From the sequence record MN871449.1: 64,000 nt of DNA, one strand, 5' to 3'. The position numbers and the translations under genes are program-made. The first letter of the stretch is position 1; every line of letters starts with the position of its first letter. Shown here in pieces: positions 9,180 to 18,521 of this stretch. Below the pieces are notes generated by a model, which saw only the letters and a program-made list of their open reading frames with translations, had not been told where the DNA came from and made no database searches.

Positions 9180-9905
9180 ATGATTCACTACGTTAACAAT
9201 GACATCACAGACGAAGAGCTCAACCGATTCATTCTCGATAAAGAGGGTAATTTGAAAACGGTAGTTTCATTACCGTATCGGATCTTGGTTCATAAGTTAA
9301 AATTCCCTCTTCAGATGGCGATGGTACAGGAGAAGAAGATCAGTTTTACAGAAGCTGAAGCACTGCTCTTCCGCGATCTGAATAATCCGGCAGATTATCA
9401 CGTTAATTTGCTCATTGATCTTCTGCAGAAAAATAAAAATCAGGTCTCCCTTTTCCGTAATACGCCAGACGGCGTAAAACAGTCGATTTTCACTGTTGGC
9501 TCGATTCTGTTCCTCGGTAATCTTTCACGTCAAGAAGTAGTATTATGCAATAACAGTAATGGTACACAACCTCCTGAAAAACCAAAGGAAAAACCGAAAA
9601 TGGCAAAAGCACGCAAACCTTCTACGCCGGGCGAAATTCTTTTGAAAGAATACCTGGAACCGAAAGAAATTTCCCCGACTGATTTCGCTGCGCATATCGG
9701 CCTGGCGACAGCAACGCTGTCTCGCCTGATCAACGGTAAAACCAAACTGACGATCCGCACCGCGCACCGTCTGGCAAAGGCTACCAAAACCACCGTCGAA
9801 TTCTGGGTTAATCTCCAGCAGGCGGTTGACCTCGCTGAAGCCAAAGCTGATAAAGAGCTGGCCGCCGAAGTGAAAACGATCAAGCTGCACCCGGCGTTTA
9901 AATAA
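9180..9905 (+). CDS. higA: unknown N-domain fused to HigA/VapI-type XRE antitoxin domain; possible internal start at 9600
   Basis: TPGEILLKEYLEP..IS...FAAHIG....LSRLINGK..LT...AHRLAKA..TT.EFWVNLQ is the HigA signature. Confidence 0.8.
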   Translation: MIHYVNNDITDEELNRFILDKEGNLKTVVSLPYRILVHKLKFPLQMAMVQEKKISFTEAEALLFRDLNNPADYHVNLLIDLLQKNKNQVSLFRNTPDGVKQSIFTVGSILFLGNLSRQEVVLCNNSNGTQPPEKPKEKPKMAKARKPSTPGEILLKEYLEPKEISPTDFAAHIGLATATLSRLINGKTKLTIRTAHRLAKATKTTVEFWVNLQQAVDLAEAKADKELAAEVKTIKLHPAFK

Positions 9906-9929
9906 TTCCGCTTTACGGCGCGATTGTAG

Positions 9930-9957
9930 CCTAGGAGAACCTTCGGGTTCTCCTAGG
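9930..9957 (+). terminator. 12-bp hairpin with cUUCGg loop
   Basis: CCTAGGAGAACC-TTCG-GGTTCTCCTAGG. Confidence 0.65.
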
Positions 9958-10110
9958 TCTATGGTCTATAACTTTTTTCTTTGGTTTGTGTCCAATATCG
10001 TAATGAGGAAAAGATATTCATTTATCATTAACAGAAAGATGTTCCTGTCACTACACAGCCCATGTTGATTAACGCTACAGAACGTAGTAATTCGGAAGTA
10101 TAAAACACAC

Positions 10111-10141
10111 AGGGAGAGGAGGGATGAACCCTCCTCTCCCT
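10111..10141 (-). terminator. terminator downstream of tailspike 1
   Basis: AGGGAGAGGAGGG-ATGAA-CCCTCCTCTCCCT. Confidence 0.65.
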
Positions 10142-10155
10142 TATCTCATTTTAAT

Positions 10156-12411
10156 CTATTTCAAAAATAATCTTACTCGGAAGGATGTCGCCGACGTCGC
10201 AGCCTGACTTTCAAATGTACGCAGCTGAATAACTAGCTGATTATTCGCAGCATTAAAATAAGCAGACGAAAATGCACCACCCAGACTTTGGTCAGTCCGA
10301 ACGCCACTGACACCGGTTACAAACGCAGAGAAACGACTACTCGTAATCGTTGTGTTAACCATGGTATTTGCCGCAATAGTACCTGGCGTCCACGGTACAG
10401 TAACATCGAAATAATCTGCGTACTTTATACTAACCCCGTCAAAAAGAAAAGTATTCGTCCCGACATTTTTAAATATTATTGAGCCAGCGCCGGAGCCCAA
10501 TAAAGTCGGCGTGATAAACCAATCTACCTGAGTCCAACCACTGTTAGCAGGAACCGTTAAAAAATTGGAATTGGTCACTAAAGAGTGGGTATTGTTAGTG
10601 ATGATATTTCCATCGAGGACAATTTGAATATTCCCGTCGGTAACCGTATCCGTACTTTTCACTCGCGCTGAGACTTTTAATACCCTACCGGAAACCATCA
10701 TGTCTTTTGGGATCAAGAGTCGACGAATTTCCTGCCCTACGGTCGCTTGCTGACACGTACCATTAACCGTTGCATCTGGGTCAGTCACGAAGTTGTTACT
10801 GTCGTTAGGTCCGGTAAGTCTATGTGCCGGAATAAAATCAGAATAGAAAGGTTTTGCTGCGTACGACGTCGGTCGATTACCTGTCGACGTACGAATAGCA
10901 GGTGCTTCGATATCTTGGCTATACGGACTTGTTACTACAGTTGTCATTGTGGCGTTACTGCGGTTATTCGCAGCCAGTAATGAGCCGCCAGAAACCTTCC
11001 AGTAATTCGCATTCGTGCAACCCCACGCACTGTTCCCTTTAAACTGTACCCCGTAGTTAGCATTCTGGCTCAATTCAAGTATCGACGTGTAACGACTGTG
11101 TGCCGGGTAATAATACACAAAGCCATTATTATCAATATTAACCCGCTCCACCTTCCCTAAATAAATAACTGACTTATCTGTCGTATTCGGGTTAAGCGAA
11201 TCACTGTCCCATTCGAATTTGTTACTACTAATCCAAATGAGATCGGCATTGGCGTTCTCTGAAGCATAAATTAAGTATCCGCCGCAAGAGCCAAAAGTGC
11301 AACCTTCAATGTGCAAGTTATTAACGTTCCAAGGTGCGCTGTCCATGTAATCGCCAAGATGAATGACGTTTTTAGTTTCTCCGCCGACACTGTTAAAGTA
11401 GCAGTTAACAATTCTACTTTCCATAAAGTCCTGTAGAACAAACCCCGCTCCAGCGGACTGACGTAGGGATACGTTTGAGAACTCTAAACTGGAAGCATGA
11501 CTGACTCGTATAAAGTCTGATTTATTCGCCGTGGTTTGACCGAGTAATGAAATCCCCGTCATTCCTCCGCCAATCAAGCGGCTACCGTTTCCGGTGGTCC
11601 CATTACCTGACCCACTGAAATTAAATCCATAGTCGGCACCGTCGAGGATAACGAGCGATGCGCCAACTTGACGGTAACCCGCAATGGCAGTTCCCCAAAA
11701 GTGAATATTGCGAGTAACGTTAATATTCGCAATTTTCAGTGTCCCTATTTCCGTATTACTTGGAATGAAAATATTATCTGCGTTAGAATTGAGTGCTTTC
11801 GTAAAACGCGTCGAGTCGTCATTTGCACTGTCGCTATCCCAATCGTATATTGAAGGAATCTCACGAAGCTTATTTTGAATACTCCGCAGCGTACTGGATC
11901 CACTTTTAGCGCTGTAAAAAGGAATATCAATGCGTTGCCAGTAATAACCAGGCCCGGCAGCAATGGTAAAACCGTCATCGACGCCTGTTCCCTTTTTACC
12001 GACGAAATCTCCATAGCCGACACCTAAAACTTTTACTGACTGTCCGTCGCGAAGTACAGGGAGTGATCTGAGCTCCGCGAACGAGCTCACTTCTTTTGTT
12101 TCCACTGCGCTGACAGATTGTTGTAACTTATCGTACGCATCGAATATAGCGAGACTGTAGTGAGAGTCTACAGATAGTGTTACGGTTTTACCCGAGGCGT
12201 CCACCGGAAAGCCCCGACTGTCCAGATTCACTGGTTGCGTTAACGTAGTACTCGTACCGTCGGTAGCAACACCGGTTACCGGGATTTGATTAGCCGCAAC
12301 GGTAGGGTCGGTATTGGCTTTACCTACGTACAATTTACCGAAATTAGCGTTCCTCGCTCCATCGGATAGTTTGAATTGACTATTTGGCATAGATATAAAA
12401 TTGGTGCTCAT
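10156..12411 (-). CDS. tailspike / capsule depolymerase with P22-type head-binding N-domain, beta-helix and C-terminal carbohydrate-binding modules
   Basis: N-term GKLYVGKANTDPTVAANQIPV...QPVNLD..G...HYSLAIFDA matches the P22 tailspike head-binding domain; then SFAELRSL..DGQ...WQR neck, DD..RF..AL pectate-lyase-like start and Asn-rich beta-helix; AGGAG RBS. Confidence 0.85.
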   Translation of the reverse strand: MSTNFISMPNSQFKLSDGARNANFGKLYVGKANTDPTVAANQIPVTGVATDGTSTTLTQPVNLDSRGFPVDASGKTVTLSVDSHYSLAIFDAYDKLQQSVSAVETKEVSSFAELRSLPVLRDGQSVKVLGVGYGDFVGKKGTGVDDGFTIAAGPGYYWQRIDIPFYSAKSGSSTLRSIQNKLREIPSIYDWDSDSANDDSTRFTKALNSNADNIFIPSNTEIGTLKIANINVTRNIHFWGTAIAGYRQVGASLVILDGADYGFNFSGSGNGTTGNGSRLIGGGMTGISLLGQTTANKSDFIRVSHASSLEFSNVSLRQSAGAGFVLQDFMESRIVNCYFNSVGGETKNVIHLGDYMDSAPWNVNNLHIEGCTFGSCGGYLIYASENANADLIWISSNKFEWDSDSLNPNTTDKSVIYLGKVERVNIDNNGFVYYYPAHSRYTSILELSQNANYGVQFKGNSAWGCTNANYWKVSGGSLLAANNRSNATMTTVVTSPYSQDIEAPAIRTSTGNRPTSYAAKPFYSDFIPAHRLTGPNDSNNFVTDPDATVNGTCQQATVGQEIRRLLIPKDMMVSGRVLKVSARVKSTDTVTDGNIQIVLDGNIITNNTHSLVTNSNFLTVPANSGWTQVDWFITPTLLGSGAGSIIFKNVGTNTFLFDGVSIKYADYFDVTVPWTPGTIAANTMVNTTITSSRFSAFVTGVSGVRTDQSLGGAFSSAYFNAANNQLVIQLRTFESQAATSATSFRVRLFLK

Positions 12412-12557
12412 TTCATCTCCTGCCCGATCGGGCTAATAGGTTGATTCTTGTCACAAGAAACGCACTGTTGTGGTGCTAATTGGAAAACAATATCAACAAC
12501 GAAGTATATTATCACGTATATACTTTTTAGTTTGAACTCACTAACAGGTAACCCATT

Positions 12558-13097
12558 ATGATTTTCTCTCTCATCGTTGCACACGATCTTGATTTCATTA
12601 TTGGTCAAGATGATAAACTTGCTTGGAAATCCAAAGAAGACCTTTCTTGGTTTGTAAGGAAAACCAAAAACAAAGCCATCGTCATGGGGTCGACCACGGC
12701 TAAAGGTATTGGCCGGGCTTTACCTGGACGAGCCCATTACGTTTTGACCTCTGATCTCAGTCAGTTTGAAAACACCCCCGAACTCCTCGCGTATAGCTCA
12801 TTTGAAGATATCGCTGTAGACGCCTCTAGAAAAGGCTACAACGAGATTGTTATCTGCGGAGGGGTAAGTATCTACAAACAACTATTAGATCGGGTACAGA
12901 AGCTTTACGTGACGGAAATCCCTATTCGCTCCAAAGGGAATGTTCCGCTCGACATTGATCTTATCCAAGAACTCAGTAAATTGTTCTCTTATACTACAGT
13001 TCACCGTGGTTGGACCCTTGAGTCGCTTGAATTCGGGGAAGACGAGGGATGTCGTTTCTCTACGTTCGTGAAAATACAGAATCCAATAACACGCTGA
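12558..13097 (+). CDS. folA: dihydrofolate reductase
   Basis: LIVA...IIG....LAW...DL.WF..KT....IVMG..T...LPGR..VL; I.GG..IY; LYVTEI. Confidence 0.9.
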   Translation: MIFSLIVAHDLDFIIGQDDKLAWKSKEDLSWFVRKTKNKAIVMGSTTAKGIGRALPGRAHYVLTSDLSQFENTPELLAYSSFEDIAVDASRKGYNEIVICGGVSIYKQLLDRVQKLYVTEIPIRSKGNVPLDIDLIQELSKLFSYTTVHRGWTLESLEFGEDEGCRFSTFVKIQNPITR

Positions 13098-13145
13098 TAA
13101 TATTTATTTTGAAGATTAAGTTTTAACACTTTGAAAGGGGTTACA

Positions 13146-14009
13146 ATGTTTAAAGTTACGTTTGATGACCAACCGGTCCTTTATGAGAATATGACTTTTC
13201 CGGGTGGCGAGGAACATATCACAATTAACCGTCATGGGCTACCGCCCCATGATATCGGCGTTGTTAAAATAGAAGGAAGTATCAAATCTTCCACCGAGGC
13301 AGTGCGTCTACTGTTACTGGTCGACGCTATTCGTCGTATTGGGAAATACACTGCGAAAACAGAACTCCATTTAATTGTGCCTTATTTCCCGTACGCGCGA
13401 CAAGACCGTGTCTGTAATGCAGGCGAATCGTTTTCACTCGGCGTTTTTGCTGAACTGTTCAATAGCCTGAAAGCAGACCGAGTGCTGATACACGATCCGC
13501 ATTCTAACGTTACTCCGGCACTGATCAAAAACCTCGTCGTCCTGGAACAGTCCAAAATTGTCTACAATTTATTGGCTAATTGGATTCGGGAAAATAACGT
13601 CGTATTAGTCTCCCCTGACGGTGGTGCGGCGAAGAAAACTGAAGAGTTGGCAAAACTACTCGGCGGGGTGCCTATCGTTTACGCAAACAAAAAGCGCGAT
13701 ACTAAAACCGGCAACATTCTCGACATTACGTTATTGGACAATGACAATATCGAAGGTCGTAATTTGTTGGTTGTCGACGACATCTGCGATGGTGGGTGGA
13801 CTTTCACTGAGCTGGCGAAAAAGCTCAATACCCAAAACCCGAAATCGCTCAGTCTCTTCGTGACCCATGGAATTTTTTCTAAGGGCCTGGGCGAACTCTC
13901 TATCGCTTTTGATCAGATTTTCTCAACCAACGTTTGGTGGGAAAATATCACTGACGACGGGTTACCAACCCAATCTTATTTAACTGCTAAAGATGGACGC
14001 GTGAAATGA
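13146..14009 (+). CDS. prs: PRPP-synthetase-like enzyme (NARP1 Adps-type ADPR pyrophosphokinase)
   Basis: FPGGE, PYFPYARQDR, DPHS, SPDGGA, VVDDICDGGWT, VTHGIFS. Confidence 0.9.
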   Translation: MFKVTFDDQPVLYENMTFPGGEEHITINRHGLPPHDIGVVKIEGSIKSSTEAVRLLLLVDAIRRIGKYTAKTELHLIVPYFPYARQDRVCNAGESFSLGVFAELFNSLKADRVLIHDPHSNVTPALIKNLVVLEQSKIVYNLLANWIRENNVVLVSPDGGAAKKTEELAKLLGGVPIVYANKKRDTKTGNILDITLLDNDNIEGRNLLVVDDICDGGWTFTELAKKLNTQNPKSLSLFVTHGIFSKGLGELSIAFDQIFSTNVWWENITDDGLPTQSYLTAKDGRVK

Positions 14010-15787
14010 CCAACCCTTTACTGAAAGACCCAAAGTTCTATACTGAAGATCCGCTGGTTTTCCTGCTGTGCGATGCCTACAAAACTGGGCACATCAACCA
14101 ACAACCTCTGGGCACTGACAGCTTCTTTGAAAACCTGACGGCACGTAGCCATACGTACTTCAATACGCCACTGGACTTCGACGGTTCGGTGTTCATGGGA
14201 ATGCAGCGCCTGGTTCTGCGTTGGTTGGTAGGGAGTTTCGATAACTTCTTTAAAGCGCCGTTCAACGAATCGGAGGCAGAATACCTTCAGTACATGGACG
14301 GTGTTCTGGGTAAAGGTGTGGTGAAATCCGCTCACCTGAAAGCGCTTCACGAACTGGGTTATATCCCACTGGAGATCCGTGCGGTGCCGGAAGGCTCACT
14401 CGTCCCTATTCGTGTTCCGTTCCTGACGATTGAAAACACAGTTGACGGCTTCGGGTGGCTGACGGGTTATTTCGAAGACCTCTGGAGTAACGAACTCTGG
14501 AAGCCATGTGTGCTGGCAACGAAAGCGTTGCACTTCCGTCGAGTGTTAGAACAGTACGCTAACGAAACGGGTGCGGCAAAAGCCTTTATCGACTACCAAT
14601 CCCATAACTTCGCCCTGCGCGGTATGTCGGGGATGTTCGATGATGCCAACAGTTCAGTCGGTCAATTGATCTACTTCAAAGGGAGCGATAGCTTCCCTTC
14701 GGTCTGGACAGCGAATCGCTTTTATAACCCAGAAGGCGATATGCCGATTTCTGAAATCGCCGGGAGTGTACCCGCTACAGAGCACAGTGTGACCTGTCTG
14801 AATATCGCGGTCTATGTCGAGCAGTTACAAGCTACTCCGGGATATCGCGATGCGACTGAAGCGGAACTACTGTCGAAAGCGGAAGAACTTTTCCAACGTC
14901 GACTGATCACCGAAGTTTATCCGTCTGGCGTTTTCAGCTTCGTCAGCGATACTAACGACTTCTTCGATACCATCACCACCAAAGCCATCGCTAATAAAGA
15001 TGCGATTATGGCGCGTGACGGTAAACTGGTCTATCGTCCGGATAGCGGTAATCCGTATCACATCCTCTGTGGTTATACTTGGGATGGCGATAATCATCTT
15101 TCCGCTGGTATTTATCCTGACCCGCGAATTGGTGGAAAAACGCTCTATTCCGAAATAGGTCGAGAAAAGACGGAAGAATTCCTTCGTCGTTTTTCTATTG
15201 AAAACGGATACGAATGCTATTGTATCGACAACGTTTTCTATTCGACTAAAAGCGGTAAACCTATTTCTTTGGAAGAGAAAAAAGGGGCGGTACAAATCCT
15301 CTTTGAAATCTTCGGCGGGACAACCAATGCTGCGGGTTACAAAGAACTGGACCCTCACGTCGGTTTGATCTACGGGGATGCGATCACATTGACTCGCATG
15401 ACTCAGATCCTTTCTCGTTTGAAAGCGAATGGGTTCTGTAGTTCCAACGTGGTCTTTGGTGTGGGCAGTTTCGAATTCCAGTATGTTACCCGTGACACCC
15501 TGGGCATCGCCATGAAGGCGACCGCTGGGAAGGTTAACGGTAAACATTACTCTATCGCGAAAAACCCGAAAACCGACGATGGTACTAAGAAATCAGCGAA
15601 AGGTTATCTGATCGTTGCGAAGGGCGAGAACGGAAAACTCGAACTCCGTGATAACCTGACCCGTGAAGAGTATGAAGCGCTTCGCGGTAGTGAGGTTGAC
15701 GCGATGCGGACTGTGTACCTGAACGGCGACGTGAAAGTACTGGAAAGTCTTCGTACTATTCGTCAACGTGCGGCGCAGTGGTTGTAA
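14006..15787 (+). CDS. nadV: nicotinamide phosphoribosyltransferase-like enzyme (NARP1 Namat-type)
   Basis: CDAYKTGH..Q, HNFALRG, SVPATEHSV, RPDSGNP, GLIYGDAIT, GVGSFEFQYVTRDT, KNPKTDDGTKKSAKG; ATGA coupling to prs. Confidence 0.9.
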   Translation: MTNPLLKDPKFYTEDPLVFLLCDAYKTGHINQQPLGTDSFFENLTARSHTYFNTPLDFDGSVFMGMQRLVLRWLVGSFDNFFKAPFNESEAEYLQYMDGVLGKGVVKSAHLKALHELGYIPLEIRAVPEGSLVPIRVPFLTIENTVDGFGWLTGYFEDLWSNELWKPCVLATKALHFRRVLEQYANETGAAKAFIDYQSHNFALRGMSGMFDDANSSVGQLIYFKGSDSFPSVWTANRFYNPEGDMPISEIAGSVPATEHSVTCLNIAVYVEQLQATPGYRDATEAELLSKAEELFQRRLITEVYPSGVFSFVSDTNDFFDTITTKAIANKDAIMARDGKLVYRPDSGNPYHILCGYTWDGDNHLSAGIYPDPRIGGKTLYSEIGREKTEEFLRRFSIENGYECYCIDNVFYSTKSGKPISLEEKKGAVQILFEIFGGTTNAAGYKELDPHVGLIYGDAITLTRMTQILSRLKANGFCSSNVVFGVGSFEFQYVTRDTLGIAMKATAGKVNGKHYSIAKNPKTDDGTKKSAKGYLIVAKGENGKLELRDNLTREEYEALRGSEVDAMRTVYLNGDVKVLESLRTIRQRAAQWL

Positions 15788-15838
15788 TTTAAAGACATAG
15801 CGTTCCCTACAGCACGCATGTGCTGTAGGGAGTTATGC

Positions 15839-15861
15839 AATTTGTTTCATGTATATATCTC
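15839..15861 (+). promoter_or_regulatory. putative early promoter (copy 2)
   Basis: AATTTGTTTCATGTATATATCTC just after hairpin 15804-15831. Confidence 0.55.
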
Positions 15862-15930
15862 CGTTATGCAACATAGTTGAATGTATTAAATTCGATTTCA
15901 TTTTTGTCAGTCTACTATAGGAGAAATACA

Positions 15931-16302
15931 ATGAAACTTTATTCTAAAGAAGAATTTCTTAAATTACCTTCCGGGACACTTTTTGTATTTGGACCAGCGG
16001 ATTGGACAGAGGGGCAAATAGAGCCGGGGTATCTAGCTCTAAATGTTAAATACGAATCGCTACGGAATGACTTTGTATTTAGACCTTTAATTGACATTGA
16101 AGTCAGATCCTCAGAAGAACGAGATGAAATCAATGATTTCATCCAAGGGGAGATGAAAACGACTGGTATTTCCTCTGATATTCCCATGGATCTTTTCGCG
16201 ACAAGTCGAGATGGCTTGTTTGAAAAAGATTCGACTTACCTTGTTCTCAATAATGAGGAACTGAAAGCGGTTATTGCCTCATTACAAATGTTAGTCAAAT
16301 AA
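15931..16302 (+). CDS. hypothetical protein
   Basis: AGGAGAAATACA-ATG. Confidence 0.7.
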   Translation: MKLYSKEEFLKLPSGTLFVFGPADWTEGQIEPGYLALNVKYESLRNDFVFRPLIDIEVRSSEERDEINDFIQGEMKTTGISSDIPMDLFATSRDGLFEKDSTYLVLNNEELKAVIASLQMLVK

Positions 16303-16333
16303 CTAAACCAGTAAAAGAAGAAGGAGAAATACA

Positions 16334-17821
16334 ATGATCCGTTTACAAGAAAACTTATATCTGCCGTATGAAGAACTGAGCCGCTTTTTGGAGCGTTTGC
16401 CCGAAGGAATGACCTATGACCTGCTCCAGTCTAAAATTCCTTCTCTACGCTCACTGAAGAAGAAAGAACTGGATATCTTACTCAAGTACGTCATTGAGAA
16501 AAACAGAATCGTCGTAACAGAGATAACGCAAAAAGGCGTCAAGTGTGCACCGCTGCTTCGTCACAAAATGTTTACGGCGCCGATTAACGTCCTCGCACAG
16601 CCAGAGAAAGAACGTCCGTCTGGTTCGGTGGTTCATATCACCGGCGCAGGTAAACAGACCATTGTCACTAAGAAACGCAGTCGTCTGGAACGCATTATCC
16701 CACCTATCAAAGAGGAGAAAGAAATGACCACCCAAGAAAAACCGGTTACCGCCAAAACTGTCGTTGATTTTGAATCTCTCCGCGCCGAACACCTGGTCGA
16801 TGTAAAACTGATTAACGCGGCCGATAAAATCAAAGCCTTTCTCCTCACTGACCCGAAAGGTTTTACCCGTACTGAGATTGATGAGTCGGTCAAAGAGTAT
16901 CGTTACCTGAAAGGCGCGCCTCGTCAACAAGTCCTTTCCTACCTGAAAACCTACGAAGGTGTAGTAGAGAAAGAATGGCAACCGGAGAAATATAAGTACC
17001 CGGTAGGGCGCTTTGTTCACCCTGACTTCATTAACGCTGAAACAGCGGTGTTACCGGAAGCGGTAAAAGACTATACTTTCGCTAATAAAGAAGAAGCGAA
17101 ACCGCAGGTAAAAGTTAACGAATCCGCTATCCGCGGCATGATCGTAGAATTACTGAAGGCGTCTAAAAATTTACTTCCGATCTACCAGGTTTGGAACTAT
17201 CTCCCTAACCTGCCGGAACTGAGTAAAGAAACGCGTTTCGCCATTTTGAACCCGTTAGTAGAAAAGGGTATTGTCTCCATCTACAGCGATGATCACCCTA
17301 ACAAACCGGGCTGCCACGTTAACTGGATTAAACTCAATGAAGAAGGGGATACGGTAGGGATTGTCCATCGGACGAAAACTGAAGCACCAACTGCAATGGC
17401 GGTGGCGGTGATGGAAGCGTTACAAAAAGGGCCGAAAGAAGGGGAATCTACGGTGGAAACTAATGCTTCGAAATACCCTAACCGGTTGGCGCATTTAGAG
17501 GCTAGACCGGTGAACTTAGCAACACTCCCTGAAATGGCCAACTCTGTACCAGACCCTATCACACCGATCGAGTTTAAAGAGCAAACTATGGCACCCGCAA
17601 CATCCACTGACGTCCGTAAACAGATTCTGGAACTCGAACGCGTTGCAATTGAGCTGGAACAGAAAGAGCGTAACGAGGCGTTGATTGCTGCTATCAAACC
17701 GTTACGTGATGAAATCGTCATGCGTTTCGCCGAAGCGCAGAAAGCCATTGACGCGCAGATTGACGCGCAGGCGGCGTTGGGGCTGGCGATTGAGAAACTG
17801 AACCAGGCTATTGGTCAGTAA
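16334..17821 (+). CDS. protein with three winged-helix-like repeats and C-terminal coiled coil
   Basis: Three roughly 60-aa helical repeats; heptad-like C-terminus; strong RBS. Confidence 0.6.
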   Translation: MIRLQENLYLPYEELSRFLERLPEGMTYDLLQSKIPSLRSLKKKELDILLKYVIEKNRIVVTEITQKGVKCAPLLRHKMFTAPINVLAQPEKERPSGSVVHITGAGKQTIVTKKRSRLERIIPPIKEEKEMTTQEKPVTAKTVVDFESLRAEHLVDVKLINAADKIKAFLLTDPKGFTRTEIDESVKEYRYLKGAPRQQVLSYLKTYEGVVEKEWQPEKYKYPVGRFVHPDFINAETAVLPEAVKDYTFANKEEAKPQVKVNESAIRGMIVELLKASKNLLPIYQVWNYLPNLPELSKETRFAILNPLVEKGIVSIYSDDHPNKPGCHVNWIKLNEEGDTVGIVHRTKTEAPTAMAVAVMEALQKGPKEGESTVETNASKYPNRLAHLEARPVNLATLPEMANSVPDPITPIEFKEQTMAPATSTDVRKQILELERVAIELEQKERNEALIAAIKPLRDEIVMRFAEAQKAIDAQIDAQAALGLAIEKLNQAIGQ

Positions 17822-17825
17822 CGAT

Positions 17826-17853
17826 AAAGGGCGGTTTCCGCCCTTTTCTTTTT
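17826..17853 (+). terminator. intrinsic terminator
   Basis: AAAGGGCGG-TTT-CCGCCCTTT + T-tract. Confidence 0.8.
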
Positions 17854-17874
17854 AGATGAATTGGAGTAAATCAA

Positions 17875-18516
17875 ATGGGTAAGTTTAATTTAAAGTGGGA
17901 AGAGGTGCGCTTTGAATTGGTCGAAGGAAATCTTTCTTTAGCATTCGAATTCAATCGTTTAACGAAAGGGAAGTACATTTCTAAACTGTTAGAATTCTTA
18001 TCTATCAACGAAGAGAATGTAACAGGTTCATTTGCGTTTCGTATTTTCGCGCACTTAAAGGTCGAAAATAACACTCAAATATTTACACCGAGTGATCTGA
18101 CGGTAGAGATCAAAGATGGAATTATCCTCTTCCGATCGACGAGATTCAAAGGTATAGTTCCAATTATCGCCGTATCCGACTTCATTCAGTTCTTCGTCGA
18201 TCTTGGTTACCCCGATCCTCGTAACGAAATTCAGTGGACACCAACCGAAATTTCGCTCGATAATCTGGCAGAAAGAATCGGGGAAACCAGAAAACCTAGC
18301 TGGCGAGAATTCTGGTATCCCCGTGACGGAATCGAAGAACGTCGCTTTATTAAGGGTTGCACTGTGCTTTATTTCGACACGAGGGAAGACAAACGTTATC
18401 ACTTCAATGGAGAACACTCTTTCAATTTCTCACCAGAAGAAGTACCCCTTTCTGAGAAACATTCTGAAATCATCGAAGAAATTCGTAAAGCAATTAACTT
18501 CGAAATTGCGGAGTAA
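17875..18516 (+). CDS. hypothetical protein
   Basis: GGAG RBS. Confidence 0.7.
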   Translation: MGKFNLKWEEVRFELVEGNLSLAFEFNRLTKGKYISKLLEFLSINEENVTGSFAFRIFAHLKVENNTQIFTPSDLTVEIKDGIILFRSTRFKGIVPIIAVSDFIQFFVDLGYPDPRNEIQWTPTEISLDNLAERIGETRKPSWREFWYPRDGIEERRFIKGCTVLYFDTREDKRYHFNGEHSFNFSPEEVPLSEKHSEIIEEIRKAINFEIAE

Positions 18517-18521
18517 CAAAC

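Noticed and set aside
12408-12608. 66-aa ORF upstream of tailspike 1
   Set aside because: Overlaps the DHFR start antisense and has no convincing SD; probably chance
15070-15280. Possible intein in Nampt
   Set aside because: No Cys/Ser start with His-Asn end, no LAGLIDADG blocks; too short
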